Origin: Balanoglossus misakiensis
Taxonomy: Eukaryota > Animalia > Hemichordata
Assembly: GCA_040954595.2 (NCBI GenBank)
Contig: CM082581.2
Location: forward strand, 8,293,413 to 8,357,412
DNA: 64,000 bases
Direction of reading: 5' to 3'
Shown: one piece after another, positions 1 through 13,127 of the stretch
Numbering within the stretch: the first letter of the stretch is position 1
Layout of the letters: each line of letters begins with the position of its first letter
Notes under the pieces: generated by a model
Told to the model about the DNA's origin: nothing
The model's database searches: none
What the model saw: only the letters and a program-made list of their open reading frames with translations
Position numbers and translations under genes: made by a program

Positions 1-3000
1 ATGAAAATCATCCAAAAATGACAATTTTTCGACTTTGCGTAATATCAAAATTTCTTCATATTTTGACAAAATATCATGGGTTATAGCCATGAAAATCATC
101 CAAAAATGACAATTTTTCGACTTTGCGAAATATCAAAATTTCTTCATATTTGACAAAAATCATGGGTTATAGCTATGAAAATCATCCAAAAATGACAATT
201 TTTCGACTTTGCGTAATATCAAAATTTCTTCATATTTTGACAAAAATCATGGGTTATAGCCCATGAAAATCATCCAAAAATGACAATTTTTCGACTTTGC
301 GAAATATCAAAATTTCTTCATATTTTGACAAAAATCATGGGTTATAGCCCATGAAAATCATCCAAAAATGACAATTTTTCGACTTTGCGAAATATCAAAA
401 TTTCTTCATATTTTGACAAAAATCATGGGTTATAGCCCATGAAAATCATCCAAAAATGACAATTTTTCGACTTTGCGAAATATCAAAATTTCTTCATATT
501 TTGACAAAAATCATGGGTTATAGCCCATGAAAATCATCCAAAAATGACAATTTTTCGACTTTGCGAAATATCAAAATTTCTTCATATTTTGACAAAAATC
601 ATGGGTTATAGCCCATGAAAATCATCCAAAAATGACAATTTTTCGACTTTGCGAAATATCAAAATTTCTTCATATTTTGACAAAAATCATGGGTTATAGC
701 CCATGAAAATCATCCAAAAATGACAATTTTTCGACTTTGCGTAATATCAAAATTTCTTCATATTTTGACAAAAATCTTGGGTTATAGCCCATGAAAATCA
801 TCCCAAAATGACAATTTTTCGACTTTGCGAAATATCAAAATTTCTTCATATTTTGACAAAAATCATGGGTTATAGCCCATGAAAATCATCCAAAAATGAC
901 AATTTTTCGACTTTGCGAAATATCAAAATTTCTTCATATTTTGACAAAAATCATGGGTTATAGCCCATGAAAATCATCCAAAAATGACAATTTTTCGACT
1001 TTGCGAAATATCAAAATTTCTTCATATTTTGACAAAAATCATGGGTTATAGCCCATGAAAATCATCCAAAAATGACAATTTTTCGACTTTGCGAAATATC
1101 AAAATTTCTTCATATTTTGACAAAAATCATGGGTTATAGCCCATGAAAATCATCCAAAAATGACAATTTTTCGACTTTGCGAAATATCAAAATTTCTTCA
1201 TATTTTGACAAAAATCATGGGTTATAGCCCATGAAAATCATCCAAAAATGACAATTTTTCGACTTTGCGAAATATCAAAATTTCTTCATATTTTGACAAA
1301 AATCATGGGTTATAGCCCATGAAAATCATCCAAAAATGACAATTTTTCGACTTTGCGAAATATCAAAATTTCTTCATATTTTGACAAAAATCATGGGTTA
1401 TAGCCCATGAAAATCATCCAAAAATGACAATTTTTCGACTTTGCGAAATATCAAAATTTCTTCATATTTTGACAAAAATCATGGGTTATAGCCCATGAAA
1501 ATCATCCAAAAATGACAATTTTTCGACTTTGCGAAATATCAAAATTTCTTCATATTTTGACAAAAATCATGGGTTATAGCCCATGAAAATCATCCAAAAA
1601 TGACAATTTTTCGACTTTGCGAAATATCAAAATTTCTTCATATTTTGACAAAAATCATGGGTTATAGCCCATGAAAATCATCCAAAAATGACAATTTTTC
1701 GACTTTGCGAAATATCAAAATTTCTTCATATTTTGACAAAAATCATGGGTTATAGCCCATGAAAATCATCCAAAAATGACAATTTTTCGACTTTGCGAAA
1801 TATCAAAATTTCTTCATATTTTGACAAAAATCATGGGTTATAGCCCATGAAAATCATCCAAAAATGACAATTTTTCGACTTTGCGAAATATCAAAATTTC
1901 TTCATATTTTGACAAAAATCATGGGTTATAGCCCATGAAAATCATCCAAAAATGACAATTTTTCGACTTTGCGAAATATCAAAATTTCTTCATATTTTGA
2001 CAAAAATCATGGGTTATAGCCCATGAAAATCATCCAAAAATGACAATTTTTCGACTTTGCGAAATATCAAAATTTCTTCATATTTTGACAAAAATCATGG
2101 GTTATAGCCCATGAAAATCATCCAAAAATGACAATTTTTCGACTTTGCGAAATATCAAAATTTCTTCATATATTGACAAAAATCATGGGTTATAGCCCAT
2201 GAAAATCATCCAAAAATGACAATTTTTCGACTTTGCGAAATATCAAAATTTCTTCATATATTGACAAAAATCATGGGTTATAGCCCATGAAAATCATCCA
2301 AAAATGACAATTTTTCGACTTTGCGAAATATCAAAATTTCTTCATATTTTGACAAAAATCATGGGTTATAGCCCATGAAAATCATCCAAAAATGACAATT
2401 TTTCGACTTTGCGAAATATCAAAATTTCTTCATATTTTGACAAAAATCATGGGTTATAGCCCATGAAAATCATCCAAAAATGACAATTTTTCGACTTTGC
2501 GAAATATCAAAATTTCTTCATATTTTGACAAAAATCATGGGTTATAGCCCATGAAAATCATCCAAAAATGACAATTTTTCGACTTTGCGAAATATCAAAA
2601 TTTCTTCATATTTTGACAAAAATCATGGGTTATAGCCCATGAAAATCATCCAAAAATGACAATTTTTCGACTTTGCGAAATATCAAAATTTCTTCATATT
2701 TTGACAAAAATCATGGGTTATAGCCCATGAAAATCATCCAAAAATGACAATTTTTCGACTTTGCGAAATATCAATATTTCTTCATATTTTGACAAAAATC
2801 ATGGGTTATAGCCCATGAAAATCATCCAAAAATGACAATTTTTCGACTTTGCGAAATATCAAAATTTCTTCATATTTTGACAAAAATCATGGGTTATAGC
2901 CCATGAAAATCATCCAAAAATGACAATTTTTCGACTTTGCGAAATATCAAAATTTCTTCATATTTTGACAAAAATCATGGGTTATAGCCCATGAAAATCA

Positions 3001-4980
3001 TCCAAAAATGACAATTTTTCGACTTTGCGAAATATCAAAATTTCTTCATATTTTGACAAAAATCATGGGTTATAGCCCATGAAAATCATCCAAAAATGAC
3101 AATTTTTCGACTTTGCGAAATATCAAAATTTCTTCATATTTTGACAAAAATCATGGGTTATAGCCCATGAAAATCATCCAAAAATGACAATTTTTCGACT
3201 TTGCGAAATATCAAAATTTCTTCATATTTTGACAAAAATCATGGGTTATAGCCCATGAAAATCATCCAAAAATGACAATTTTTCGACTTTGCGAAATATC
3301 AAAATTTCTTCATATTTTGACAAAAATCTTGGGTTATAGCCCATGAAAATCATCCAAAAATGACAATTTTTCGACTTTGCGTAATATCAAAATTTCTTCA
3401 TATTTTGACAAAAATCATGGGTTATAGCCCATGAAAATCATCCAAAAATGACAATTTTTCGACTTTGCGAAATATCAAAATTTCTTCATATTTTGACAAA
3501 AATCATGGGTTATAGCCCATGAAAATCATCCAAAAATGACAATTTTTCGACTTTGCGAAATATCAAAATTTCTTCATATTTTGACAAAAATCATGGGTTA
3601 TAGCCCATGAAAATCATCCAAAAATGACAATTTTTCGACTTTGCGAAATATCAAAATTTCTTCATATTTTGACAAAAATCATGGGTTATAGCCCATGAAA
3701 ATCATCCAAAAATGACAATTTTTCGACTTTGCGAAATATCAAAATTTCTTCATATTTTGACAAAAATCATGGGTTATAGCCCATGAAAATCATCCAAAAA
3801 TGACAATTTTTCGACTTTGCGAAATATCAAAATTTCTTCATATTTTGACAAAAATCATGGGTTATAGCCCATGAAAATCATCCAAAAATGACAATTTTTC
3901 GACTTTGCGAAATATCAAAATTTCTTCATATTTTGACAAAAATCATGGGTTATAGCCCATGAAAATCATCCAAAAATGACAATTTTTCGACTTTGCGAAA
4001 TATCAAAATTTCTTCATATTTTGACAAAAATCATGGGTTATAGCCCATGAAAATCATCCAAAAATGACAATTTTTCGACTTTGCGAAATATCAAAATTTC
4101 TTCATATTTTGACAAAAATCATGGGTTATAGCCCATGAAAATCATCCAAAAATGACAATTTTTCGACTTTGCGAAATATCAAAATTTCTTCATATTTTGA
4201 CAAAAATCATGGGTTATAGCCCATGAAAATCATCCAAAAATGACAATTTTTCGACTTTGCGAAATATCAAAATTTCTTCATATTTTGACAAAAATCATGG
4301 GTTATAGCCCATGAAAATCATCCAAAAATGACAATTTTTCGACTTTGCGAAATATCAAAATTTCTTCATATTTTGACAAAAATCATGGGTTATAGCCCAT
4401 GAAAATCATCCAAAAATGACAATTTTTCGACTTTGCGAAATATCAAAATTTCTTCATATTTTGACAAAAATCATGGGTTATAGCCCATGAAAATCATCCA
4501 AAAATGACAATTTTTCGACTTTGCGAAATATCAAAATTTCTTCATATTTTGACAAAAATCATGGGTTATAGCCCATGAAAATCATCCAAAAATGACAATT
4601 TTTCGACTTTGCGAAATATCAAAATTTCTTCATATTTTGACAAAAATCATGGGTTATAGCCCATGAAAATCATCCAAAAATGACAATTTTTCGACTTTGC
4701 GAAATATCAAAATTTCTTCATATTTTGACAAAAATCATGGGTTATAGCCCATGAAAATCATCCAAAAATGACAATTTTTCGACTTTGCGAAATATCAAAA
4801 TTTCTTCATATTTTGACAAAAATCATGGGTTATAGCCCATGAAAATCATCCAAAAATGACAATTTTTCGACTTTGCGAAATATCAAAATTTCTTCATATT
4901 TTGACAAAAATCATTGGTTATAGCCCATGAAAATCATCCAAAAATGACAATTTGTCGACTTTGCGAAAGTTCAAAATTTC
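1..4980. repeat. 88-bp tandem satellite array, about 56 copies, truncated by the window start
   Basis: Monomer ATGAAAATCATCCAAAAATGACAATTTTTCGACTTTGCGAAATATCAAAATTTCTTCATATTTTGACAAAAATCATGGGTTATAGCCC recurs with exact 88-bp period (starts at 351, 791, 1231 ... 4751, 4839, 4927). Only sporadic substitutions; no unique spacers. Confidence 0.99.
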
Positions 4981-5001
4981 GTATCCATTCAAGCACACCC
5001 C

Positions 5002-5124
5002 CAACCACCCACCCACCCACCCACCCACAAACAGACACACATATACATACATACATACATATATACATACATACATACATACATACATACATACATACAT
5101 ACATACATACAGACATACAGACAT

Positions 5125-5209
<85 letters not shown>

Positions 5210-5230
5210 TAGACAGACACACACACACAC
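5002..5230. repeat. Compound microsatellite (CCCA)n-(ACAT)n-(ACAG)n-(AC)n
   Basis: Directly visible, abutting the end of the satellite; explains the low-complexity ORFs at 4914-5273. Confidence 0.97.
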
Positions 5231-5489
5231 AATATTTGTGTTCGTAGGAAAATGTCACATTGAGCCAATATGATCCTCTAATATTCCCTATCTCTTATTT
5301 TATGCGTAATCTGTTTAGTTCTTGTAATTTTAATAAGGTACCCTGGCTTAATCTTAATTTTGGATAAAATGTATCAATACCTTGAAAATGTCAGTACATG
5401 TAAACTTGTTTTTAATCACTTCAATTTAATGTGCCCAGTCCATTGCCAATGAAACTTTTCTAGTCATGGCCAAGTCCCGATGCCGCTAA

Positions 5490-5785
5490 ATAGAGCGAGG
5501 CCAAAGAGTATCTAAAAGCATTGTATGATATTTTGAGGTTATAAAATGCACAAAGTTCCGCAGGCAGGAAATCCCGATAACACAGCATAGCAACCTATCA
5601 TTGTAAGCAATCCTTCAAATGCCCGGTTGGGGAGAAGAACTGAAGAGTAACCACGTTCGAAAGTCACGATGTCAGTGTAAGGCAGCCTTACGATGTTTTC
5701 ATGTTTAATAGCAACATGTTTTTGAGTCTCGATTTCTAAGGCCATTGTGGATACAGTCACGCGGCTAGTTTTGACGAGCAATCGG
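5490..5785 (-). pseudogene. Possible decayed protein-kinase domain fragment (subdomains II-VII)
   Basis: Minus strand reads LVK...ALEIETQK...IKHENIVRL...IVTFE...VLS, then in a shifted frame GISCLRNFVH, then back in frame *PQNII...*ILFGLA. The order matches VAVK / alphaC Glu / HENIVxL / HRDxKPxNI / DFGLA, with stops and frameshifts. Confidence 0.4.
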
Positions 5786-6470
5786 TTAAGGTGTCACATA
5801 CGAGTCTTCACCGGATTCCATATCTATTTCTAACATGCATGCAGGGCCACTGATAAAGTTGTCTCGATCATGTCACTGTTCTATTACAACTATTACTCAA
5901 TTGACACAAAACATCTCCTATCAGTGATCATAGAAACGGTAAACACGAAAATCCATCAATTAGATTCGAGAGCTCTTAGATTGCGATTATTGGATATCCA
6001 TTGACCTTGTGATGACATCTTATCATCTGAAATGAATTATTGACACTCGCATTTAGCAAAAGAAATGCATATGGTTTATTAATTTTGGATACGCATCTTA
6101 ATGGGAGTGAGTTAATGGAAATTAATTTTTAATTGTATTTATAAGGAACGCATTTATTGAGTTTTGAAGTCGCTTACTCAGAATGAAACTCGTGGAGGTT
6201 GAATAAACCGAAGGCATATTTATCTACACTTCAAAAATCATATATGGAATATTGATACGTGGGGCAAAGGTCACTCTGTATACTTAGCGACTTAAAATCA
6301 ATATTACAAGTACATCAAACACTTAAGGCAAGGTATAAATATAGGCTTGCTATTCATAAACGTGCCGATAATATGGTACTGATTAACACCTGATAACAGG
6401 TACTGTCTGAAAGAATTCGAACAGTGACGCACATGTGGGTTTGTTTAGATTCGCATATAACTGGTTATCC

Positions 6471-6759
<289 letters not shown>

Positions 6760-8607
6760 AACTAAGAGTATTTAATTCTTAAAACTTTTTCACCGTCGAA
6801 TGTGTTTTCGATCTTACAAGAGGAAACGCTATTGTAACATGCGATTTAAACGATGAAACAAAAGGACGAGTTTAACCTTTGACCTTCAAGTGCGCTGCAT
6901 TCAGATTTAATCAAACCTCTTTAGACCTTTTAGTTCGCTTTACTGTACCTATTACTCTGACAGACGTGATTGCTTAAGAGAAAAATCGCCCCAATTGAAA
7001 GAGAAAAACTCTCAATTATTCATTGTGGTTAATAAGAGCCGCCGGCTTCCTTCCAAACGGGGATGAGAGATAATGCCCTTCTCAATTTACCAGAATTGTG
7101 AAAACAAGTCGAAACGATGTCCCGCCCGGAGAAAGACGGAAAGTGTATCTTTTTACAGATGACACAGAAAGGCACTTCTCGCGAGGAGTCCTGTCGTTGA
7201 GAATGACTTCAAACGGGGAGCTATCACGTTACAGGATTTGGAGCAGGGTCGCTCGCCGAAGAGATGGATCTTGCGTCGGAGTCCCCGCGTTTCTGCAAAA
7301 CACCGGGGAAATTGAATTTGCATCAGTCAATACAGGATGTCATGCTGTTCTGTAAGACGGGCAACAGCGTGCCATTAGTCAACTTTTTTCACAATTGAGA
7401 TCTTTTCTTATATAAAAAACTGTTTTTCTGTACAAAAATACCGTTCCGTATCGAAATCACAAATATTTTTGTGTGTGTTTTTTTCTTCAAAATGTTTTTG
7501 CGGAGTAATTCAAGCAAAGCTGACCGTGTCGCCTAACTAACCCACGCTGAACCCGGAATGCCGATATAATTAACTCGTTCAGAGACATCAATGATTAATC
7601 CGCGAAAAAAGCTCTCCCTGTGAATAATTGATATCTTGGGAGTGTGGGATGAAGCGGGCATCAACGTTTCAGCACGCTCTTTCCATCAGCTGCCGGCAAT
7701 GAAATGTTCCGATTGTCTAGTCAAAGTTCTTTTTCCAATTACACTATTTAACGCTTGTCGTTAATGCGCTCCCTTGATTAAGTGTCAATCGGGCGACATT
7801 TCAATCCAGCATTTACGGCGATCTATTGGCAACACTGAATGCGAATCGCAAGAGGTAACAATCCAATTAATATTTGACAATCCCGAGATGAGTATAAGTG
7901 ATATTTACCGCCATTTACCGGTGACATGCACCCAAAGACATGTTTCTGTTCATAATTAAATCTCTACAGTTCGAAAGTCATGGGAGTGAAATAAGCTCAC
8001 CAACTCAAGAGTACGTATTCGCCCATGTTTTGATTTATTCAGATGATTTTGTTCACTCAAGTGACATAAACACGCTTCCATGCCTGGAACTTTTATATAA
8101 GAATGTAACAAAACTAAAACGAAGCCAACATCTCAGAAATGCTTGTCTGTTGAGTTTGTTAACATTTATACTAAGAGCGCTCAATCAGTGCTATGATTGA
8201 CTCTCAATCGACTTTCTCCATTGCAAAAAAACAACCTCACCAATGAACTCGACCTTTACAAATTTTGCCGTCTTCTCCGCTGACATAGCACCTAGTTCTG
8301 ACTTTGTTCATGTCTATACAGAAACCAAACGAACTTGAAAGATTTTACACTCATAGCACACGTCCTTCACCGTGTAGATCTTACTGGACCAAGGCTATAC
8401 GACTACTATCTTGTCAATGTCCATTTACTCAGTCACATGCAACACAGCGCTGACAACGTCCAGAAACAAAGATTAATTCCTTTTTTTCGCGTTCAGTCCG
8501 ACTGGGAGCTCCGTCCGACGTTGAGGGCCCCACCCGTTTGCTGGCCATCATGTACCAGAGTATTAAAACCTGCTATATTCATGGCAGAGGCCAGGTGACA
8601 TGCATGG

Positions 8608-8663
8608 ATGTTGTTGTTGTTGGTGGTGGTGGTGGTTGTGGTGGTGGTGGCGATAGTGGTGGT
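8608..8663. repeat. (TTG)n/(GTG)n trinucleotide microsatellite
   Basis: Directly visible. Confidence 0.9.
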
Positions 8664-8929
8664 GCAATTTAATCCAAAATCATTGAGAATTGCCTTGCCC
8701 TGGTAGTAAAACAAGTGAGTTAAATAAAAATGGGCGACGGAACATTAGCGAACGTCAAAATAATATCTGTGCAAAACGATGCTTGTGCTTGTCAACTTTT
8801 GACCCTGACGTCCGCGCAACAAAGGTCGGGAAGAAATTTGTCGAGATGCGCGTGATACGGTGGACCTGCAGCCCGCAAGGCGGAACATTTTCCGTACTTA
8901 GCAAAAGTGACAGCTGTAAAAGAAATAGC

Positions 8930-9140
8930 TAGATGGCGGCCCACTTACTCAAACCAAGCAAAATTAGATCACCAATAGTACCTACCCTGGAGGGAGCTCA
9001 GCGTCAAGACTTCTTCTAGAGAGAAAAATCATATTTTGAAATGAGATAGTTGGCGATGCAGAGGTGACGAGTTCTCTTTGAACAACCAGGAAATTGAATT
9101 TCAGACTTCAAAGAAAAGATGAAGTAACCCCCCGAGGCGG
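8930..9140 (+). other. Possible non-coding first exon of the SLC16 gene
   Basis: YY1-like AGATGGCGGC at 8931-8940 and a strong donor CGG|GTAAGT at 9140/9141. Candidate acceptor TAG at 11093-11095 just before the ATG. No transcript evidence. Confidence 0.25.
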
Positions 9141-11111
9141 GTAAGTCTAGAATCAGCGTGGTAGTAAAAGCATGACATTTCTATTACTACACTTTATCAT
9201 ATTTATGTGTTTTTTTTCCTTTGAGTGCAATATAGAGTCCCGTTCTTAGCGGTAATTGATTGTTGTAAATGGCGACTTTTCTTTCTATTAAGTCGGTGTT
9301 TGTGATGGTGGTGTGGGTTTTCTTCGTGCGTCGAACTTTTTTTTCTAGGCTAAGCATAAAATATCATGCCTGACCAAAAGCTCGACGAGGATTTTTAAAA
9401 TTTCTATCAGTGTGAAAAAATTGCAATTTGCATTCATCGAACATGGTAAATGTAAATAAGGCGACCTTTGGCACGTGATCACAACTGTAGAATTAGCTTG
9501 GAATTTTTTGGAGGGGTTGCGCGAGTGGCATACTTGGCTTCGTTGTTCGAGTTCATTCCAAGCTACAAATATTGCGTCTCCAAGGGATACAGTTGTTAAT
9601 AAGCAAATTGGCCTCTATTTAATTTTTCATAGCATGCATCTCCTTAATGTTGCGTGGACTGTGCCTCTTTAACCTTAGCTTGGCTTTCCTGACGTTTAAA
9701 TCGCGACGAAAAGTAAAATAATCCCTGACAGGGTCATAATTCATGACAATACGAAATCTACAGCGCTTCCCACGCGGCGGGTGCGGGGGCCACTCTCTGA
9801 CTCGTCGCACAGTTTTCACAATTTAAAATACGATCTCAAAGTTCAAAAGATGAAAAAAAAACGGGGAAAAGATGATGCCTCCTGAGAATTGTTTATTGCT
9901 TTGGCATTAAAATGTCACATTACAATTCATAAATATATAATAAACTCGCGTAAATATATATACACATATAGTCAAACATAATTGCTGTGCATTTTTAAAT
10001 TGATGTCATTTTAAAGGGATAAATCTATCATTGTTGTCAGCAAATCCGTTGGCGCGCAGGGAAGCCTCACCACAGGGCAGTTACATGTAAGCTGCCATCT
10101 CCATCCATTGTTATGTCCATTAAAATCTCATAGATGTTTAATACACAGAAGTGTACTGATTTCTCACAAGTGAGAAAGTGTTACGAAGGAAGTTATCATC
10201 CCACGGACATTTACCATTTGGAAATTCCCTTCACACCAGTGTAGATATCCCGTGGGAGGGGTAGACTGCCCTAGAAATAGGTCATCCTGATACTGTAGCA
10301 AAATTCAGTGACCACACATGCATACATGCTGTACATATATTGCCACTCTGAGTTCCCTGCCCGTTGGCCAACAGATATTATTGTAGTGCTAGCGCCCTCA
10401 AGTCAAAACTGTCAGATACGTTTTTTTACTGGTACACAGCATATGTGTAAAGTTCCAAATTAAAAAGCATCGGCAGTTTTATTATAAAGGAAAACAGTAC
10501 AGAGATCTTTGCATATGATTACATCGTATACACACACTGCGCGGCCCCTGAACACCCAACAATTCAACCTATTTTAAGTAAAATAAATAATAGACCTGCA
10601 TATGAAAAATTCTATTTTGGTGACGAGAATGGTAGAACGATATAAAAGAATATTAATTCATTCATTTACAAATGTATTTGCTCCTGGGGGTTTGTGCGAG
10701 TCTTTCAAACAGGATAGCAACATCGTTGGGCGAATTTAAGTTAATGGTCTGCCAAGGTGAATTGTAATAGAATACAAAATGTGAAATACATCTGAAATAA
10801 TTGTCTGTATATCAGCAATATTTCCCATAAAAGACAGAAATATATTAGGTGCACATTTCTCGTAGTGCTGGCACGAAATTTTCATGTAGGAGGACAGATA
10901 AGTTTTAAATATCCATCGTCTGACCCCCTAGCATGATAACGTACATGTAAACGCTTTCTCTGGCGGCCGCAGTGACAATATTTGAGAGGGCATGCGTTCT
11001 GCATACATGTATGTGTAGAATCACCGCCGACGTATCTGTGCCAAGGGTTAAGGTGCACATGTATTACGTTCACCGCTTGTAATCCTACAATCTAGTAATA
11101 ACACTTGGGGT

Positions 11112-11331
11112 ATGGCAGAGCTGAACGCGGAAAACCGACAGGGAACCATCACAGACGGCGGAATCGAAGGCTGGTTAGTGGTTCTTGGCAGCCATGTCTG
11201 CTGTGTCGTTATGTACGGCACCTTTCAGGCGATAGGCCCTCTCCTGGTTGCCATACAACAATACTACGAAGAGTCTTCCTTCCGGGTGTCCGGCGTCTTG
11301 TCGTTGATGTTGTTTTTGCAATTCGGCTCTG
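11112..11331 (+). CDS. SLC16 coding exon 1
   Basis: ATG at 11112; donor G|gtaggt. Confidence 0.88.
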
Positions 11332-13127
11332 GTAGGTATCAAGAATCCTCTATTAATAATAATGGGAGGGAGAACGATTTGTGTGGGGACTTTATGAAAT
11401 ATACAGTGGTGCAAATGTTTCCTTTTTCAATCAATGAACAAAGCCTATATAATTTATTTTTTAATTCTAATAGCTCCCTTGGCGAACGTTTGCGTGAAGA
11501 AAATTGGATATAGGCAGACGGTAGCCCTTGGGACGGCGATATCGTCGACTGGATATTTATTAAGTGCCTTTTCTCCAAATGTAGATTTCTTGTATTTCAG
11601 CTTTGGAATTCTTGTTGGTGAGTTAGAATTTACATCGCAACCATCATAAAGTTTTTTTTAATCGCGTGAAGTTGAATGCCGAACAAACTTCATGACAAGC
11701 TTGGTATCATTTCAGACTTCGAATTTGAACTTAGTATATCCCGTGGTTTTAGACATGCACCACAGTATGCTGTTCGTAGGCATAATTTCTTGCCAGTAGC
11801 TCATGAAAATTATGATTTCAGGACTGGGCTATGGACTACTAATATCTCCGGCTTGCGGGATAATAGCCCTCTTCATGCACAGGAGGTTCGCATTGGCAAA
11901 TGCGATCGCAGTGTTGGGTGCTGGAGTTGGAACATTTATTTTCCCGCCAATACTGCAAGCATTGATCGACGCTTACGGCTGGAGGGGCGCAGTCGTTGTA
12001 TTTTCAGCCATTAATGCTCACATGTTCATATCTGCCGCACTATTTCGGCAACCACGAACCGCGCGAATGGATACCAAAGAGGGTGACGGCACTGGGGAGC
12101 GGCAGCCTTCAGGAGTGAGCGGAGTGATATGGAAACTCGTGCATTTGTTCGATTGCAGTCTTTATGCTGAGTACCCAATGTTTGTGGTTACGTGCATAAC
12201 AGCATTTACAATTGGATTTGGTTATTACGGCGCGCCTGCGCATCTGGTAGCCCGAGCGAAAGTCTGGAACCTGGGAAACCCGCAGGAAATCGCCTGGATT
12301 GCGTCCGCGACCGGAATAGGGTCAATTATTGGACGCTTGACTGTACCGTTGATACTGCATTGGAACTTTAGGCGCGTGACTAGCGCACGGCTATTTGGGA
12401 TGACAGTTTTCACGGCAGGAGTTGCGCATTGCCTTAGCTCTCAGTTAACAACATACGCATCCTACATAGCCTACGCTTTTGCTTTGGGGTTTGTTTCTGG
12501 CATGATTTTTGTATTATACGTGCAAGTTCCGAGAGACATGATGAAGCCTGCGTTGCTGACAGCTGCCCTCAGCCTTTGCCTGCCGTTTGATGCTACCGGA
12601 GGTTTGTTGGGACCTATATGCGCGGGTAAGTCAGCAATAGCCGATCAACATTCTTCGCTGATGCATGCATTAAAACATTGAATATTATATTTTGATATCG
12701 ACTCGTTGCATGGAGATAGTGTACGGTAGTATAAATTAAAAGGTATACGGTTACCTATGCAAATTTATCCACTGTTACCATGGAAAGTTGAGACCTAGCC
12801 AATCAAATATTTTCATAGGGTGGCCATGTGGAAACAAGACTTAGACACGCCCTTTTACTCATATGCATATAAATATACATGTACATGTATTTTTTGTTAT
12901 TATTTTCAGGCATTATATATGATACCACAGGCGATTATAACAACTCTTTCTATTTGTACGGCACGTTTCTGCTTGTTGGTGGCGCTGTCATGGTAATTAG
13001 TGAACCCATCATTACTGGACGACAAAAAAGTGTCGACCAAGGGAAGACAACTGGAGATATCAACAGATACACACGAACTCGCAACCGTAAGCTTGGGCAG
13101 ACAGACATGCGCACTCACACGAATTAA
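11112..13127 (+). CDS. SLC16/monocarboxylate transporter (MFS) family protein, 4 coding exons join(11112-11331,11474-11617,11822-12625,12910-13127), 461 aa
   Basis: N-terminal DGGIEGWLVV (variant of the SLC16 DGGxGW motif), FMHRRFALANAIAVLGAGVG, LIDAYGWRGA, GIIYDTTGDY. Three phase-1 GT-AG introns; the spliced length of 1386 nt is open to TAA at 13125-13127. Confidence 0.93.
11474..11617 (+). CDS. SLC16 coding exon 2
   Basis: tag|CT acceptor; APLANVCVKKIGYRQTVALG...FGILV; donor G|gtgagt. Confidence 0.9.
11822..12625 (+). CDS. SLC16 coding exon 3
   Basis: ttcag|GA acceptor; multiple TM helices; donor G|gtaagt. Confidence 0.93.
12736..12850 (+). mobile_element. Degenerate MITE-like dispersed repeat, copy A (SLC16 intron 3)
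   Basis: Begins TTAA-AAGGTATACGGTTACCT. The core GTTACCATGGAAAGTTGAGACCTAGCCAATCAAATATTTTCA aligns by eye to the reverse complement of about 27350-27395. Confidence 0.6.
12910..13127 (+). CDS. SLC16 coding exon 4 (terminal)
   Basis: ttttcag|GC acceptor; GIIYDTTGDYNNSFY, last TM helix, stop TAA. Confidence 0.9.

Noticed and set aside
1-4980. CRISPR array
   Set aside because: Units are head-to-tail and near-identical with no unique spacers; no cas genes; eukaryotic context.
4914-5273. Five overlapping ORFs (TDRQ/CLSV/HTYI repeats)
   Set aside because: Translations of tetranucleotide microsatellites.
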